This document shows, in pieces, positions 1-9,400 of a stretch of DNA of 64,000 nt. A model generated the notes under the pieces. The model worked only from the letters and a program-made list of their open reading frames with translations, did no database searches and was not told the DNA's origin. A program made the position numbers and the translations under genes. The stretch's first letter is position 1. Every line of letters begins with the position of its first letter. The DNA comes from an uncultured Prevotellaceae bacterium (GTDB lineage: Bacteria > Bacteroidota > Bacteroidia > Bacteroidales > Bacteroidaceae): contig CACZBS010000015.1 in NCBI GenBank assembly GCA_902779455.1, positions 26,700-90,699 of the forward strand, in the 5' to 3' direction.

Positions 1-603
1 GTTCTGATGGACGTGGACGGCCATGACGTTCTCCGTGCCGTCGAATCGGATGAGGGCCTTCTGCTCGGGTGTGAGCAGGCGCCGCTCGTCGTTGTTCCAT
101 CCGTCGCTGACGGCGACGACCAGCTGGCCGTTGATGTAGTATTCGGCCGGCGCGTCGTCGTGGCCGCAGGCCAGGAAGAGGTCGGCCGCGATGGGCTCGT
201 CGAGGGTGAAGGTGCGGCGCAGATAGATGTCGCCCGTGATGTCCGACGTGATCCAGCGGTAGGAGCGCTGCCCCATGTAGACCTCGTCGCTGCTGAAGGG
301 CGCCGACTGCAGCGACCACGACTTCGGGCCGTCGGTCAGCTCGTAGGCCGCCTCATACCACTGCCGGCCCTGTGCGTCCTGCGGGGGCGTGCCCCAGACG
401 TGATTGTAGTCGGCGTCCTGATAGCGGCGGCCGTCGTTGAAGACCATGACCTGCGCCTGCCATGCCTGGGCCGGTGTGTACTGTGCGGCCGGCAGCACCA
501 CCTTGCGGGGGTTCCACGTGGCGGTCACTTCCGCCTGCTGGGCTGTCGCTGCGAGGACGGCCATGCATGCCGCAGCCATGAGGATGTTTCTTTTCGTTGC
601 CAT
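1..603 (-). CDS. Secreted protein, N-terminal part (runs off the window); galactose-binding-like/GH2-type sugar-binding region
   Basis: Not in the ORF track because no stop lies in the window. Manual translation from ATG 603: MATKRNILMAAACMAVLAATAQQ (signal peptide) ... DIYLRRTF ... GHDDAPAEYYING ... NVMAVHVHQN. High GC3; minus-strand promoter motif at 806-813. Confidence 0.65.
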   Translation of the reverse strand, partial: MATKRNILMAAACMAVLAATAQQAEVTATWNPRKVVLPAAQYTPAQAWQAQVMVFNDGRRYQDADYNHVWGTPPQDAQGRQWYEAAYELTDGPKSWSLQSAPFSSDEVYMGQRSYRWITSDITGDIYLRRTFTLDEPIAADLFLACGHDDAPAEYYINGQLVVAVSDGWNNDERRLLTPEQKALIRFDGTENVMAVHVHQN

Positions 604-628
604 AAACTAAAGTATTAAACTTTCGCAT

Positions 629-757
629 GGGAGTGAAGGGTAGTGAAACGGGAGTGAGGGGGGAGTGAATGGGACGTCAGTCCTATCGCCAGCATCAAGG
701 CTGGAGGTAACGTCCCCTTCACTACCCCTTCACTTCCTTTTCACTTCTTTTGACTCC
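629..757. repeat. Imperfect palindrome with GAGTGAA-type repeated arms
   Basis: Left arm gggagtgaagggtagtgaa...gggacgt is complementary to right arm acgtccccttcactaccccttcac... Confidence 0.75.
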
Positions 758-805
758 AAACATGCGAAACTTGTATTAATGAATTGATAGGTTTAGGCTT
801 TTGTG

Positions 806-813
806 CAAAGTTA
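806..813 (-). promoter_or_regulatory. Bacteroidota sigma70 -7 element (TAACTTTG)
   Basis: CAAAGTTA on +, upstream of the 603 start. The same motif class occurs before most divergent genes in the window. Confidence 0.65.
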
Positions 814-929
814 CGCATAATGCGGCTCAGCCGACGCCACTTTCTGTTCAAAAAACAACAAAATCCGGTATTGACGAGATAATGCGCTTTCTTGAACGTA
901 CATTTGCATGGTTTGTCGGGCTTTGGGCC

Positions 930-937
930 TATCTTTG
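930..937 (+). promoter_or_regulatory. Bacteroidota -7 element (TATCTTTG)
   Basis: TAnnTTTG consensus about 40 nt before ATG 980. Confidence 0.7.
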
Positions 938-979
938 CAGCAATTTCTTTCCTTAATTATTTAACAAACAATAAACATT

Positions 980-3787
980 ATGAAAAAACTATTCATCCTT
1001 TTGGCGGCCGTGCTGACGGGCCTCGTGGCCCAGGCTCAGACGGACGTGACCATGGTCGACAACATCGGCGACTACACGGGCAGCGACGCCTACGTCTACA
1101 ACAAGGCGGACGGCAAAGTCTACGTGAAGAACAACCTGGGCGACTATGAGCGCTACGGCGTCTATCCCAAGGTGGCCACGCTCAAAGTGGCCGGCGGCGG
1201 CGACACCGACATCGACTACATCGCCACGACCGACAACATGAGCAACATGCCCTACATCAACACGGGCTACACCCACAAGGCCGACACGCGCGTCGTCGTC
1301 GAGTGCGACCTCTCGACCAAGTCGAACACGTGGCAGGCCGTCTACGGCGCACGCGCCAACGTGACGTCGCAGGGCTTCATCTTCTTCTGCCGCTTCGACG
1401 GCAACAACCAGGGCTGCTACGTGCGCGACTGGCAGGAGAAGCGCGGCGACGCCGACCTGCCCCGCGGCGAGAAGATCACCATCGACGCCCAGGGCAAGTT
1501 CTGCTATGTCTACGACAAGGACGGCACGCTCGTCTCGACCATCGAGACCGACGCCGTCGACGGCACGAGCGAGGGCAACTGCCCGATGTACATCTTCGAC
1601 CTGAACAACAACGGCGACCGCCACGGACGCGACAATTCGTCGGCCTTCATGAAGCTCTACAGCTTCAAGGTCTACGAGGGCGAGACGCTCGTCATGGACC
1701 TGCAGCCCATCGTCTCGGCCACGGGCCAGGGCGGACTGCGCGACAAGGTCAGCGGCCAGCGCTTCTTCTCCGCACAGGAGGGTGCTGAGTTCGCACTGAG
1801 CCCCGACGGCGTGGCTGCTGCCAGCGAGGCCGGCATCACGGTCTACGACGGCAAGATGGTGGTCAACACCACCGACGGCAAGGTCTACAAGTACGTCGCT
1901 GCCGACGAGGCCTTCACCGAGGTGGGTCCCTGCGGCTATGAGCCCCTGGCCGACGAGAGCTATAAGGACCTGAACAACTGGGAGACCAACAGCGACCACG
2001 CTGCCATCTACGACGGCAAGATCGAATACGACGCCGAGGCCTCGACCAACTACATCGCCAGCTACGTCGGCACGGGCGGCCACGAGCCCCTCATGATCCG
2101 CGTGGCCACGGAGCCGGGCGAGGACTACAACTTCGCCTTCAACTACAGCTGCAGCCCCTACTGGTCGTGGCATGGCGTCGAGATGCACGCCTACGTCTGC
2201 AACTTCTACGACCTCTGGACGTCGAACTCCGGACAGAGCGCCGGCGGCGACATCCTGGCCACCTACATGCTGCCCTTCGAGGGTGCTGACGACGTCGACG
2301 TGTCGCTCGACTTCACCGCCCAGCAGGACACCGAGACGCTGCTCTATCAGTTTGGCGACGTCGAGGACGGCGACCGCGGCTTCTGGTTCCGCTTCAACCG
2401 CCTGCTCGTCCAGAAGTATGTCTATCCCGAGGCTTATCCCGTCGTCAACCCCTTCAAGGAGCTGCTCAGCAAGGTCATCGAACTGGCCAAGGCCGACGGC
2501 GTGGACACGGAGGAGGCCGAGCAGTTGCTCGCCAGCGGCACCGATGGCTTCGAGGGCATGATCAACACGCTGCGCGTGGCCCGCAAGGTGGCCAACATGG
2601 ACACGGACGACGTCGCATTCAAGGGCCATGCCCCCGCCGAGGGCAAGTTCTACCTCTACAATGTGGGCCGCAAGGCTTACCTGACCAGCGGCTCCGACTG
2701 GGGCACACACGCCGCCCTGGGCTATCCCGGACTGGAGTGCACCCTGACCGCTGAGGGCGACGGCTACACCATCCGCTTCGACGAGCTCATCCAGGGCGAC
2801 GCCCGCGACCGCTACCTCGGCGGCAGCCCCTACGTCGACTGCAGCTTTGACGGCCGCCACGTCTACGTCTTCACACCTGTCGAGGGCAAGGAGAATGTCT
2901 ACACCGTGAAAGGCGACCGCGGCTATATGGCCTTCGACTCCAACGGCGAGGTCGACGGCGGCGGCATCAAGCACTTCAACACCGTCACCGCCATGTGGGC
3001 CGAACCCAACGGTGAGGACGCCCAGTGGATGCTCGTCACGAAGGACGACCGCCTGGCCCTGATGGACACGGCTACGCCCGAGCAGCCCGCCGACGTCACC
3101 GTCCTCGTGCGCGACGCCAGCTTCAACAAGTATGCTGCCCTCGATGCTCCCTGGACCGACCTGAACCAGGACTGGGAGTGGGGCAACCGCCACTTCGGCG
3201 ACAAGAACACCGAGACCTACAACTCGCAGGAGTACAACCTCTCGCAGACCGTCACCCTGCCCCGCGCCGGTGTCTATGAGGTCAGCGTGCAGGCCTACTA
3301 TCGCGACGGCAACTTCGAAGCCCACGTCGAGAGCGTGGCCAACGGCGACGAGCTCCACGCACCCGCAGTGCTCTATGCCGGCGAGGAGGAGACGCCCCTG
3401 GCCTATATCCACGCTGAGGCCGACAAGGCTCCCGGCGAGGGTCGCGACTCGAAGATCGGCAACATGCCTGACAACATGATGCAGGCGGCCGCCTTCTTCC
3501 AGACGGGATGCTATCGCAACACGGTCCGCCTGACGGTCGACGAAGATAACAAGCCCGTCGCCATCGGCATCCGCAAGACGGGCAACGACCACCGCGACGC
3601 CAACTGGATCGTGGCCGACAACTTCCGCGTGAAGTATCTCGGCTCAGACGAGACCGTAGGCATACGCGAGGTGGCTCAGCCCGCCGACGCACAGGCTGCT
3701 CCCGTCTACAACCTGCGCGGCCAGCGCGTGCTGACGCCCGCCAAGGGCCTCTACATCTCTGGCGGCCGCAAGGTGCTGGTGAAGTGA
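980..3787 (+). CDS. T9SS-secreted multidomain beta-rich protein (LamG/ConA-like, beta-trefoil-like and carbohydrate-binding-like modules)
   Basis: Signal peptide MKKLFILLAAVLTGLVAQA; C-terminus TVGIREV...VYNLRGQRV...KGLYISGGRKVLVK is a typical Prevotella CTD; high GC3. Confidence 0.8.
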   Translation: MKKLFILLAAVLTGLVAQAQTDVTMVDNIGDYTGSDAYVYNKADGKVYVKNNLGDYERYGVYPKVATLKVAGGGDTDIDYIATTDNMSNMPYINTGYTHKADTRVVVECDLSTKSNTWQAVYGARANVTSQGFIFFCRFDGNNQGCYVRDWQEKRGDADLPRGEKITIDAQGKFCYVYDKDGTLVSTIETDAVDGTSEGNCPMYIFDLNNNGDRHGRDNSSAFMKLYSFKVYEGETLVMDLQPIVSATGQGGLRDKVSGQRFFSAQEGAEFALSPDGVAAASEAGITVYDGKMVVNTTDGKVYKYVAADEAFTEVGPCGYEPLADESYKDLNNWETNSDHAAIYDGKIEYDAEASTNYIASYVGTGGHEPLMIRVATEPGEDYNFAFNYSCSPYWSWHGVEMHAYVCNFYDLWTSNSGQSAGGDILATYMLPFEGADDVDVSLDFTAQQDTETLLYQFGDVEDGDRGFWFRFNRLLVQKYVYPEAYPVVNPFKELLSKVIELAKADGVDTEEAEQLLASGTDGFEGMINTLRVARKVANMDTDDVAFKGHAPAEGKFYLYNVGRKAYLTSGSDWGTHAALGYPGLECTLTAEGDGYTIRFDELIQGDARDRYLGGSPYVDCSFDGRHVYVFTPVEGKENVYTVKGDRGYMAFDSNGEVDGGGIKHFNTVTAMWAEPNGEDAQWMLVTKDDRLALMDTATPEQPADVTVLVRDASFNKYAALDAPWTDLNQDWEWGNRHFGDKNTETYNSQEYNLSQTVTLPRAGVYEVSVQAYYRDGNFEAHVESVANGDELHAPAVLYAGEEETPLAYIHAEADKAPGEGRDSKIGNMPDNMMQAAAFFQTGCYRNTVRLTVDEDNKPVAIGIRKTGNDHRDANWIVADNFRVKYLGSDETVGIREVAQPADAQAAPVYNLRGQRVLTPAKGLYISGGRKVLVK

Positions 3788-3853
3788 GATAGTCCGCTGT
3801 CATGAAAACAAAGCGCCGCTTCTCCCCCGGAGAAGGACCGCTTTGAACCCCTC

Positions 3854-3892
3854 GAAGTGCCGCTTCCCTGCCCGGGAAGCGGCACTTCTTTT
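3854..3892 (+). terminator. Intrinsic terminator-like hairpin
   Basis: Perfect 15-bp stem gaagtgccgcttccc/gggaagcggcacttc followed by TTTT, downstream of the 980-3787 gene. Confidence 0.6.
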
Positions 3893-4049
3893 CGGCCCCT
3901 CCTGCCGGCCCTCGGCCGTGGGCCCTAACGTCCCCTTTTTCAACCCGATACAAGAAAAGGGCCGATGAAATTTTGCGGTTAGCGTTTTTTTTTGTACTTT
4001 TGCAAACTCTAAACCGAAATAAGTAAAACAAAAAAGTAATAGAAATCTG

Positions 4050-5345
4050 ATGAGAAAGAACTTTGTAGAAGAACTGCGCTGGCGCGGAATGCTGGCCCAG
4101 ATGATGCCCGGAACGGAAGAACTCCTGCAGAAGGAGATGGTCACGGCTTACCTCGGAACCGACCCGACGGCCGACTCACTACATATTGGCCACCTCTGTG
4201 GCATCATGATGCTGCGCCATCTGCAGCGCTGCGGCCACAGGCCCATCATCCTCGTCGGCGGAGCCACTGGCATGATCGGCGACCCCTCGGGCAAGAGCCA
4301 GGAGCGCAACCTGCTCAACGACGAGACGCTGCGCCACAACCAGGAGTGCATCAAACGGCAGGTGGCCAAGTTCCTCGACTTCGAGAGCCAGGACGAGAAC
4401 GCTGCCCTGATGGTCAACAACTACGACTGGATGAAGGACTTCACCTTCCTCGACTTCGCACGCGAGGTGGGCAAGCACATCACCGTCAACTATATGATGG
4501 CGAAGGACAGCGTCCAGCAGCGGCTCAACGGCACGGCACGCGACGGACTGTCGTTCACCGAGTTCACCTATCAGCTGCTCCAGGGCTACGACTTCCTCTA
4601 CCTCTATCAGCACTATGGCGTCAAGCTGCAGCTCGGCGGCAACGACCAGTGGGGCAACATGACCACCGGCACGGAGCTCATCCGCCGCACGCTGGGCTCT
4701 GAGGTGGAGACCTTCGCACTGACCTGCCCCCTGATCACCAAGTCGGACGGCAAGAAGTTCGGCAAGACGGAGAGCGGCAACATCTGGCTCGACCCCAAGC
4801 GCACCACCCCCTACCGCTTCTATCAGTTCTGGCTCAACGTCTCGGACGACGACGCCGAGCGCTATATCAAGATCTTCACGTCGCTCGACAAGGAGACCAT
4901 CGACGCCCTCGTCGAGGAGCATAAGGCCGATCCCGGACGCCGCGTGCTGCAGAAGCGGCTGGCTGAGGAGGTCACCATCATGGTCCACTCGCGCGAGGCC
5001 CTCGACATGGCCATCTCGGCATCCAACATCCTCTTCGGCAAGGCTACGCGCGAGGCCCTCGAGCAGCTCGACGAGCAGACATTCCTCGACGTGTTCGACG
5101 GCGTCCCGCAGTTTGAGATCGCGCCCGACCAGCTGGGCAAGCCCGCATCAGAGCTCTTCACCGTCGACACCAAGGTGTGCCAGTCGAAGCGCGAGATCCG
5201 CGAGTTCCTCAAGAGCGGCGCCCTCTCGCTGAACAAGGACAAGCTGGCCGACGACCGCGCCATCACGGCCGACGACCTGCTGGGCGGCAAGTATCTGCTC
5301 GTGCAGCGCGGCAAGAAGAACTACTATCTGATCGTAGTACGATAA
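4050..5345 (+). CDS. tyrS: Tyrosine--tRNA ligase
   Basis: [11 protein letters not shown] (HIGH motif), [18 protein letters not shown] (KMSKS motif), C-terminal S4-like RGKKNYYL. Confidence 0.98.
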   Translation: MRKNFVEELRWRGMLAQMMPGTEELLQKEMVTAYLGTDPTADSLHIGHLCGIMMLRHLQRCGHRPIILVGGATGMIGDPSGKSQERNLLNDETLRHNQECIKRQVAKFLDFESQDENAALMVNNYDWMKDFTFLDFAREVGKHITVNYMMAKDSVQQRLNGTARDGLSFTEFTYQLLQGYDFLYLYQHYGVKLQLGGNDQWGNMTTGTELIRRTLGSEVETFALTCPLITKSDGKKFGKTESGNIWLDPKRTTPYRFYQFWLNVSDDDAERYIKIFTSLDKETIDALVEEHKADPGRRVLQKRLAEEVTIMVHSREALDMAISASNILFGKATREALEQLDEQTFLDVFDGVPQFEIAPDQLGKPASELFTVDTKVCQSKREIREFLKSGALSLNKDKLADDRAITADDLLGGKYLLVQRGKKNYYLIVVR

Positions 5346-5361
5346 TAAAATATGGTGAGAT

Positions 5362-6321
5362 ATGCGACGGGTCATAGGAATTGGCGAGACCGTTCTCGAC
5401 ATCATCTTTAAGGACGACCAGCCCATCGGCGCTGTGCCAGGCGGGTCAGTGTTCAACGGCATCATCTCGCTCGGACGATCGGGCGTGTCGGCCTCCTTCA
5501 TCAGCGAGGCCGGCAACGACCGCGTCGGCCGGTCCATCATCAAGTTCCTGCGCGACAACGGCGTCGACGCTGACGCCGTCAACGTCTATCCTGACTCCAA
5601 GTCGCCCATCTCGCTCGCCTTCCTCGACGAGAAGAACGACGCCGAGTATATCTTCTACAAGGATCATCCGCGCGACCAGCTCGACTTCGCCTATCCGCCC
5701 GTCAGCCGCGACGACGTCGTCATGTTCGGATCGTTCTATGCCGTCAATCCGGCCATACGTCCGCAGGTCGTCGGATTCCTTGAGTATGCCCGGCAGCGCG
5801 GCGCCATCCTCTATTACGACGTCAACTTCCGCGCTTCCCACAAGAACGACCTGCTGCGCGTGCAGCCCAACCTGCTCGAGAACCTCGAGCTGGCCGACAT
5901 CGTGCGCGGATCGGCTGAGGACTTCCAGGTCATGTTCGGCAAGTCGGACGCTGACCAGATCTACCGCTCGCAAATCGCGTTCTACACCCGCAAGTTCATC
6001 TGCACCCGCGGCGCCGAGCCCGTCGAGCTGCGGGCCGAGGACCCCGCCACGGGCGGCACGCTGAAGAAGCAATACCCCGTGGCCCACACCGAGCGCGTCA
6101 TCAGCACCATCGGCGCCGGCGACAACTTCAACGCCGGCTTCGTCTACGGACTCATCCGCTACGGCATCACCCGCGACGTCATCGAGCGGGGACTGACCGA
6201 ACAGCAGTGGGACGACGTCATCCGCCAGGCCCAGCTCTTCTCCGCCAACGTCTGCCAGAGCATCAACAACAGCGTCGACCAGGCCTTCGGCGACGAAATG
6301 AAGCAGCAGCTGATTTATTGA
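5362..6321 (+). CDS. PfkB-family carbohydrate kinase
   Basis: GIGETVLD, PGGS, YYDVNFR and the PfkB signature STIGAGDNFNAGF. Confidence 0.92.
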   Translation: MRRVIGIGETVLDIIFKDDQPIGAVPGGSVFNGIISLGRSGVSASFISEAGNDRVGRSIIKFLRDNGVDADAVNVYPDSKSPISLAFLDEKNDAEYIFYKDHPRDQLDFAYPPVSRDDVVMFGSFYAVNPAIRPQVVGFLEYARQRGAILYYDVNFRASHKNDLLRVQPNLLENLELADIVRGSAEDFQVMFGKSDADQIYRSQIAFYTRKFICTRGAEPVELRAEDPATGGTLKKQYPVAHTERVISTIGAGDNFNAGFVYGLIRYGITRDVIERGLTEQQWDDVIRQAQLFSANVCQSINNSVDQAFGDEMKQQLIY

Positions 6322-6323
6322 AG

Positions 6324-6412
6324 GATCCCGAAATCCCGGAATCTCAAAATCCCGAAATCTCGATATAACGATATAACGAAATAACGAAAATAACGAAATC
6401 CCGAAAAAAGAA
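6324..6412 (+). repeat. Tandem 8-mer array (ATCCCGAA/ATAACGAA)
   Basis: About 10 degenerate 8-nt units between the kinase and fprA genes. Confidence 0.8.
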
Positions 6413-6435
6413 AGAATAAAAAAAGCCCCAAGACT

Positions 6436-7617
6436 ATGAAAAAGATTACCGACCGCATCTACTACGTAGGCGTCAACGACCGCAACAAGAACCTCTTCGA
6501 AGGCCTCTGGCCCCTCCCGAAGGGCGTCAGCTATAACGCCTATCTCATCGACGACGAGAAGACCTGCCTCGTCGACACCGTCGAGGCTGACTTCTTCATG
6601 CCCTTCCTCGAGAACATCCGCGAGGTGCTCGGCGACCGCCAGCTCGACTATGTCGTCGTCAACCACATGGAGCCCGACCACAGCGGTTCGCTGGCCCTCA
6701 TCAAGAAGTATTATCCCGGCGTCCAGATTGTCGGCAACAAGAAGACGTTCGACATGATGCGCGGATTCTATCAGATAGAAAATGACGTTTTTGAAGTGAA
6801 AAACGGCGATTCCATCGAACTTGGCGCCCTGAAACTCAGCTTCGTCCTCACCCCCATGGTCCACTGGCCCGAGACGATGATGACGCTCTGCGGGAAGGTC
6901 CTCTTCTCCGGCGACGCCTTCGGATGCTTCGGCGCACTCAACGGAGCTTGGGTCGACGAGCAGATGAACTGCGACGACTTCTGGATGGAGATGGTGCGCT
7001 ACTACTCGAACATCGTCGGCAAGTACGGCACGCCTGTGCAGATGGCCCTCAAGAAGCTGGCCGGCGTCAAGGTCGACTACATCTGCGCCACCCACGGACC
7101 CGTCTGGCATCAGTACGTCGAGAAGGTCATCGCCCTCTACGACCGGCTGTCGCGCTATGAGGCAGAGCCGGGCCTCGTCATCTGCTACGGCACGATGTAC
7201 GGCAACACCGAGCGGGCCGCCGAGGTCATCGCCCGCGCTGCTGCCGAGGCCGGCGTGAAGAACATCGTCATGCACAACGTCTCGAAGTCGCACCACAGCT
7301 ACATCATCCGCGACGTCTTCCGCTACAGCGGTCTCATCGTCGGTGCACCGACCTACAACACCGGACTTTATCACGAGATGAACGTCCTGCTCGACGAGCT
7401 GTCGCAGAAGGACATCAAGGGCCGCCTGCTCGGCTACTTCGGCAGCTACTCATGGGCATCGAAGGCCGTCAGCGAGATACGCCGCTGGAACGAGGAACGG
7501 CTGCACTACGAGGAGGTTGGGCAGCCCGTCGAGATCCGTCAAGCCCTCACCCCGGAGACCTTCGCACAGTGTGAGGCCCTCGGCCGTGCCATGGCCGAGC
7601 GGCTGGCTCAGCAATGA
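6436..7617 (+). CDS. fprA: FprA-type flavodiiron protein (metallo-beta-lactamase plus flavodoxin domains)
   Basis: NHMEPDHSGS, HWPET, SGDAFG and HGP diiron ligands; flavodoxin-like GTMYGNT. Confidence 0.92.
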   Translation: MKKITDRIYYVGVNDRNKNLFEGLWPLPKGVSYNAYLIDDEKTCLVDTVEADFFMPFLENIREVLGDRQLDYVVVNHMEPDHSGSLALIKKYYPGVQIVGNKKTFDMMRGFYQIENDVFEVKNGDSIELGALKLSFVLTPMVHWPETMMTLCGKVLFSGDAFGCFGALNGAWVDEQMNCDDFWMEMVRYYSNIVGKYGTPVQMALKKLAGVKVDYICATHGPVWHQYVEKVIALYDRLSRYEAEPGLVICYGTMYGNTERAAEVIARAAAEAGVKNIVMHNVSKSHHSYIIRDVFRYSGLIVGAPTYNTGLYHEMNVLLDELSQKDIKGRLLGYFGSYSWASKAVSEIRRWNEERLHYEEVGQPVEIRQALTPETFAQCEALGRAMAERLAQQ

Positions 7618-8807
7618 TCATGATGAAGCGCATCGGACTGCTGCCACGCATCCTCGTGGCCATCGTCGCCGGCATCCTCTTGGCCCACCTGCTGCCAATG
7701 GGCGTGATGCGAGTCTTTGCCACTTTCAACAGCATCTTCGGCCAGCTGTTGGGCTTCCTGATTCCGCTGATCATCATCGGACTCGTCACGCCCGCCATCG
7801 GCGACATCGGCAACCGTGCCGGCCGCTTGCTGCTGGCGACGGTGGCCATCGCCTATGTCGACACCGTCGTCAGCGGACTGCTGGCCTTCGGCACGGGCTC
7901 CATGCTCTTTCCCCGCATGGTGGCGTCGGTCGAGGACATGGCGGGCGTCACGGCACAGGCTGTGGCGCTTGAGCCCTACTTCTCCATCAAGATTCCCCCG
8001 ATGGTCGATGTGATGTCGGCACTGGTGCTGTCGTTCATGCTGGGCCTCTGCATCGCCCACGGCTCGCTGCCGACGCTGAAAAAGTGCGCATCGGAGTTTC
8101 GCGACGTCGTGACGAAGGTCATCGCCAAGCTCATCATCCCCCTGCTGCCGGTCTATATCTTCGGCATCTTCCTCGACATGACCTCCTCAGGCCAGACGCT
8201 GCGCATCATCACCGTCTTTGCGCAGGTCATCCTGGTCATCTTCGCCCTTCACATCCTGATACTGCTCTATCAGTTCTGCTTCGCCGGCTTTATGGCGAAG
8301 AAGAACCCCATCAGACTTCTTTGGCACATGCTGCCCGCCTACATGACGGCCCTCGGCACATCGTCGTCGGCCGCCACCATTCCCGTGACGCTGCGCCAGA
8401 CCGTCGGCAACGGCGTCGACGAGGACATCGCCAGCTTCACCGTCCCCCTCTGTGCCACCATCCACATGTCGGGCTCGGCCATGAAGATCACGGCCTGCGC
8501 CCTGACCATCTGTCTGCTGGAGGGCATCAGCTATGACTTCCCGATGTTCCTGCACTTCGTGCTGATGTTGGCCATCGTCATGGTGGCGGCGCCCGGCGTG
8601 CCCGGCGGTGCGATCATGGCCGCCCTGGCCCCGCTGGGCAGCATCCTCGGCTTCACCGCCGACCAGCAGGCCCTCATGATAGCCCTCTACATCGCCATGG
8701 ACTCCTTCGGCACGGCCTGCAACGTCACGGGCGACGGCGCCATCGCCATCGTCGTGGATCGGCTGTTCAATAAGCGTAAGGGCGTCAGCCAGCCAGCAAA
8801 TTCCTGA
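7614..8807 (+). CDS. Dicarboxylate/amino acid:cation symporter (DAACS, SstT-like)
   Basis: Multiple TM helices; TSSSAATIP, PLCATIHMSG, GVPGG and TACNVTGD motifs. Confidence 0.92.
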   Translation: MIMMKRIGLLPRILVAIVAGILLAHLLPMGVMRVFATFNSIFGQLLGFLIPLIIIGLVTPAIGDIGNRAGRLLLATVAIAYVDTVVSGLLAFGTGSMLFPRMVASVEDMAGVTAQAVALEPYFSIKIPPMVDVMSALVLSFMLGLCIAHGSLPTLKKCASEFRDVVTKVIAKLIIPLLPVYIFGIFLDMTSSGQTLRIITVFAQVILVIFALHILILLYQFCFAGFMAKKNPIRLLWHMLPAYMTALGTSSSAATIPVTLRQTVGNGVDEDIASFTVPLCATIHMSGSAMKITACALTICLLEGISYDFPMFLHFVLMLAIVMVAAPGVPGGAIMAALAPLGSILGFTADQQALMIALYIAMDSFGTACNVTGDGAIAIVVDRLFNKRKGVSQPANS

Positions 8808-9318
8808 CCTCGCCGACCGACGTGACGACGTGGATCAGCTCGCGCCATGGCCGCCGCATCATGCCCTGGCGGCCGAGGTCGTCGAGCAGGGCCACCAGCG
8901 CGTCCCAGCAGCCCGACATGTTGTAGACGATGATGGGCTTCGGCTGGTAGCCCAGCGTGGCGGCGGCACAGACGGTGAAGAGCTCGTCGAGCGTGCCCAC
9001 GCCGCCGGGCAGCACGACGAAGGCGTCGCTCATGTCCATCATCAGCTGCTTGCGGTCGGTCAGGTCCTCACAGGGCACGTGGACGTCGAGGAAGGGCGTC
9101 AGCCGACCCATCTCCTCAATCCGTCGCGGCACGACGCCGATGACCCGTCCGCCGGCGTCCTTGCAGGCTCGGCTGACGGCGTGCATCAGTCCGGCATCAT
9201 GGCCGCCAAACACGATGGAATGGCCGTTTTCGGCGCACCAAATGCCCAATTCCTTGGCTTTCTCGAAATAATCGGCCGCAATCTGATTGTTGGCCGAACA
9301 GAAAATACATACGTTCAT
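8785..9318 (-). CDS. LOG-family (TIGR00730-like) nucleotide phosphoribohydrolase
   Basis: VCIFCS, VFGG...GLM and PGGVGTLDE motifs; start reassigned to ATG 9318. Confidence 0.9.
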   Translation of the reverse strand: MNVCIFCSANNQIAADYFEKAKELGIWCAENGHSIVFGGHDAGLMHAVSRACKDAGGRVIGVVPRRIEEMGRLTPFLDVHVPCEDLTDRKQLMMDMSDAFVVLPGGVGTLDELFTVCAAATLGYQPKPIIVYNMSGCWDALVALLDDLGRQGMMRRPWRELIHVVTSVGEVRNLLAG

Positions 9319-9400
9319 CACGGCAAAGTTACGCCTTTTTTCCCGATTCTCCAAAATTTTTAGTATCTTTGCACCTGAATTCCTATCTTTTCACTTGATT

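Noticed and set aside
989-3592. Long antisense or alternate-frame ORFs (e.g. 989-3592, 5446-7374, 13908-15686, 45040-48060, 60395-62317, 62886-63959)
   Set aside because: Shadows of high-GC3 genes: no motifs, and they overlap well-supported CDSs.
3790-4049. T-box riboswitch upstream of tyrS
   Set aside because: No T-box consensus, and a promoter motif at 3995-4002 lies downstream of the hairpins.
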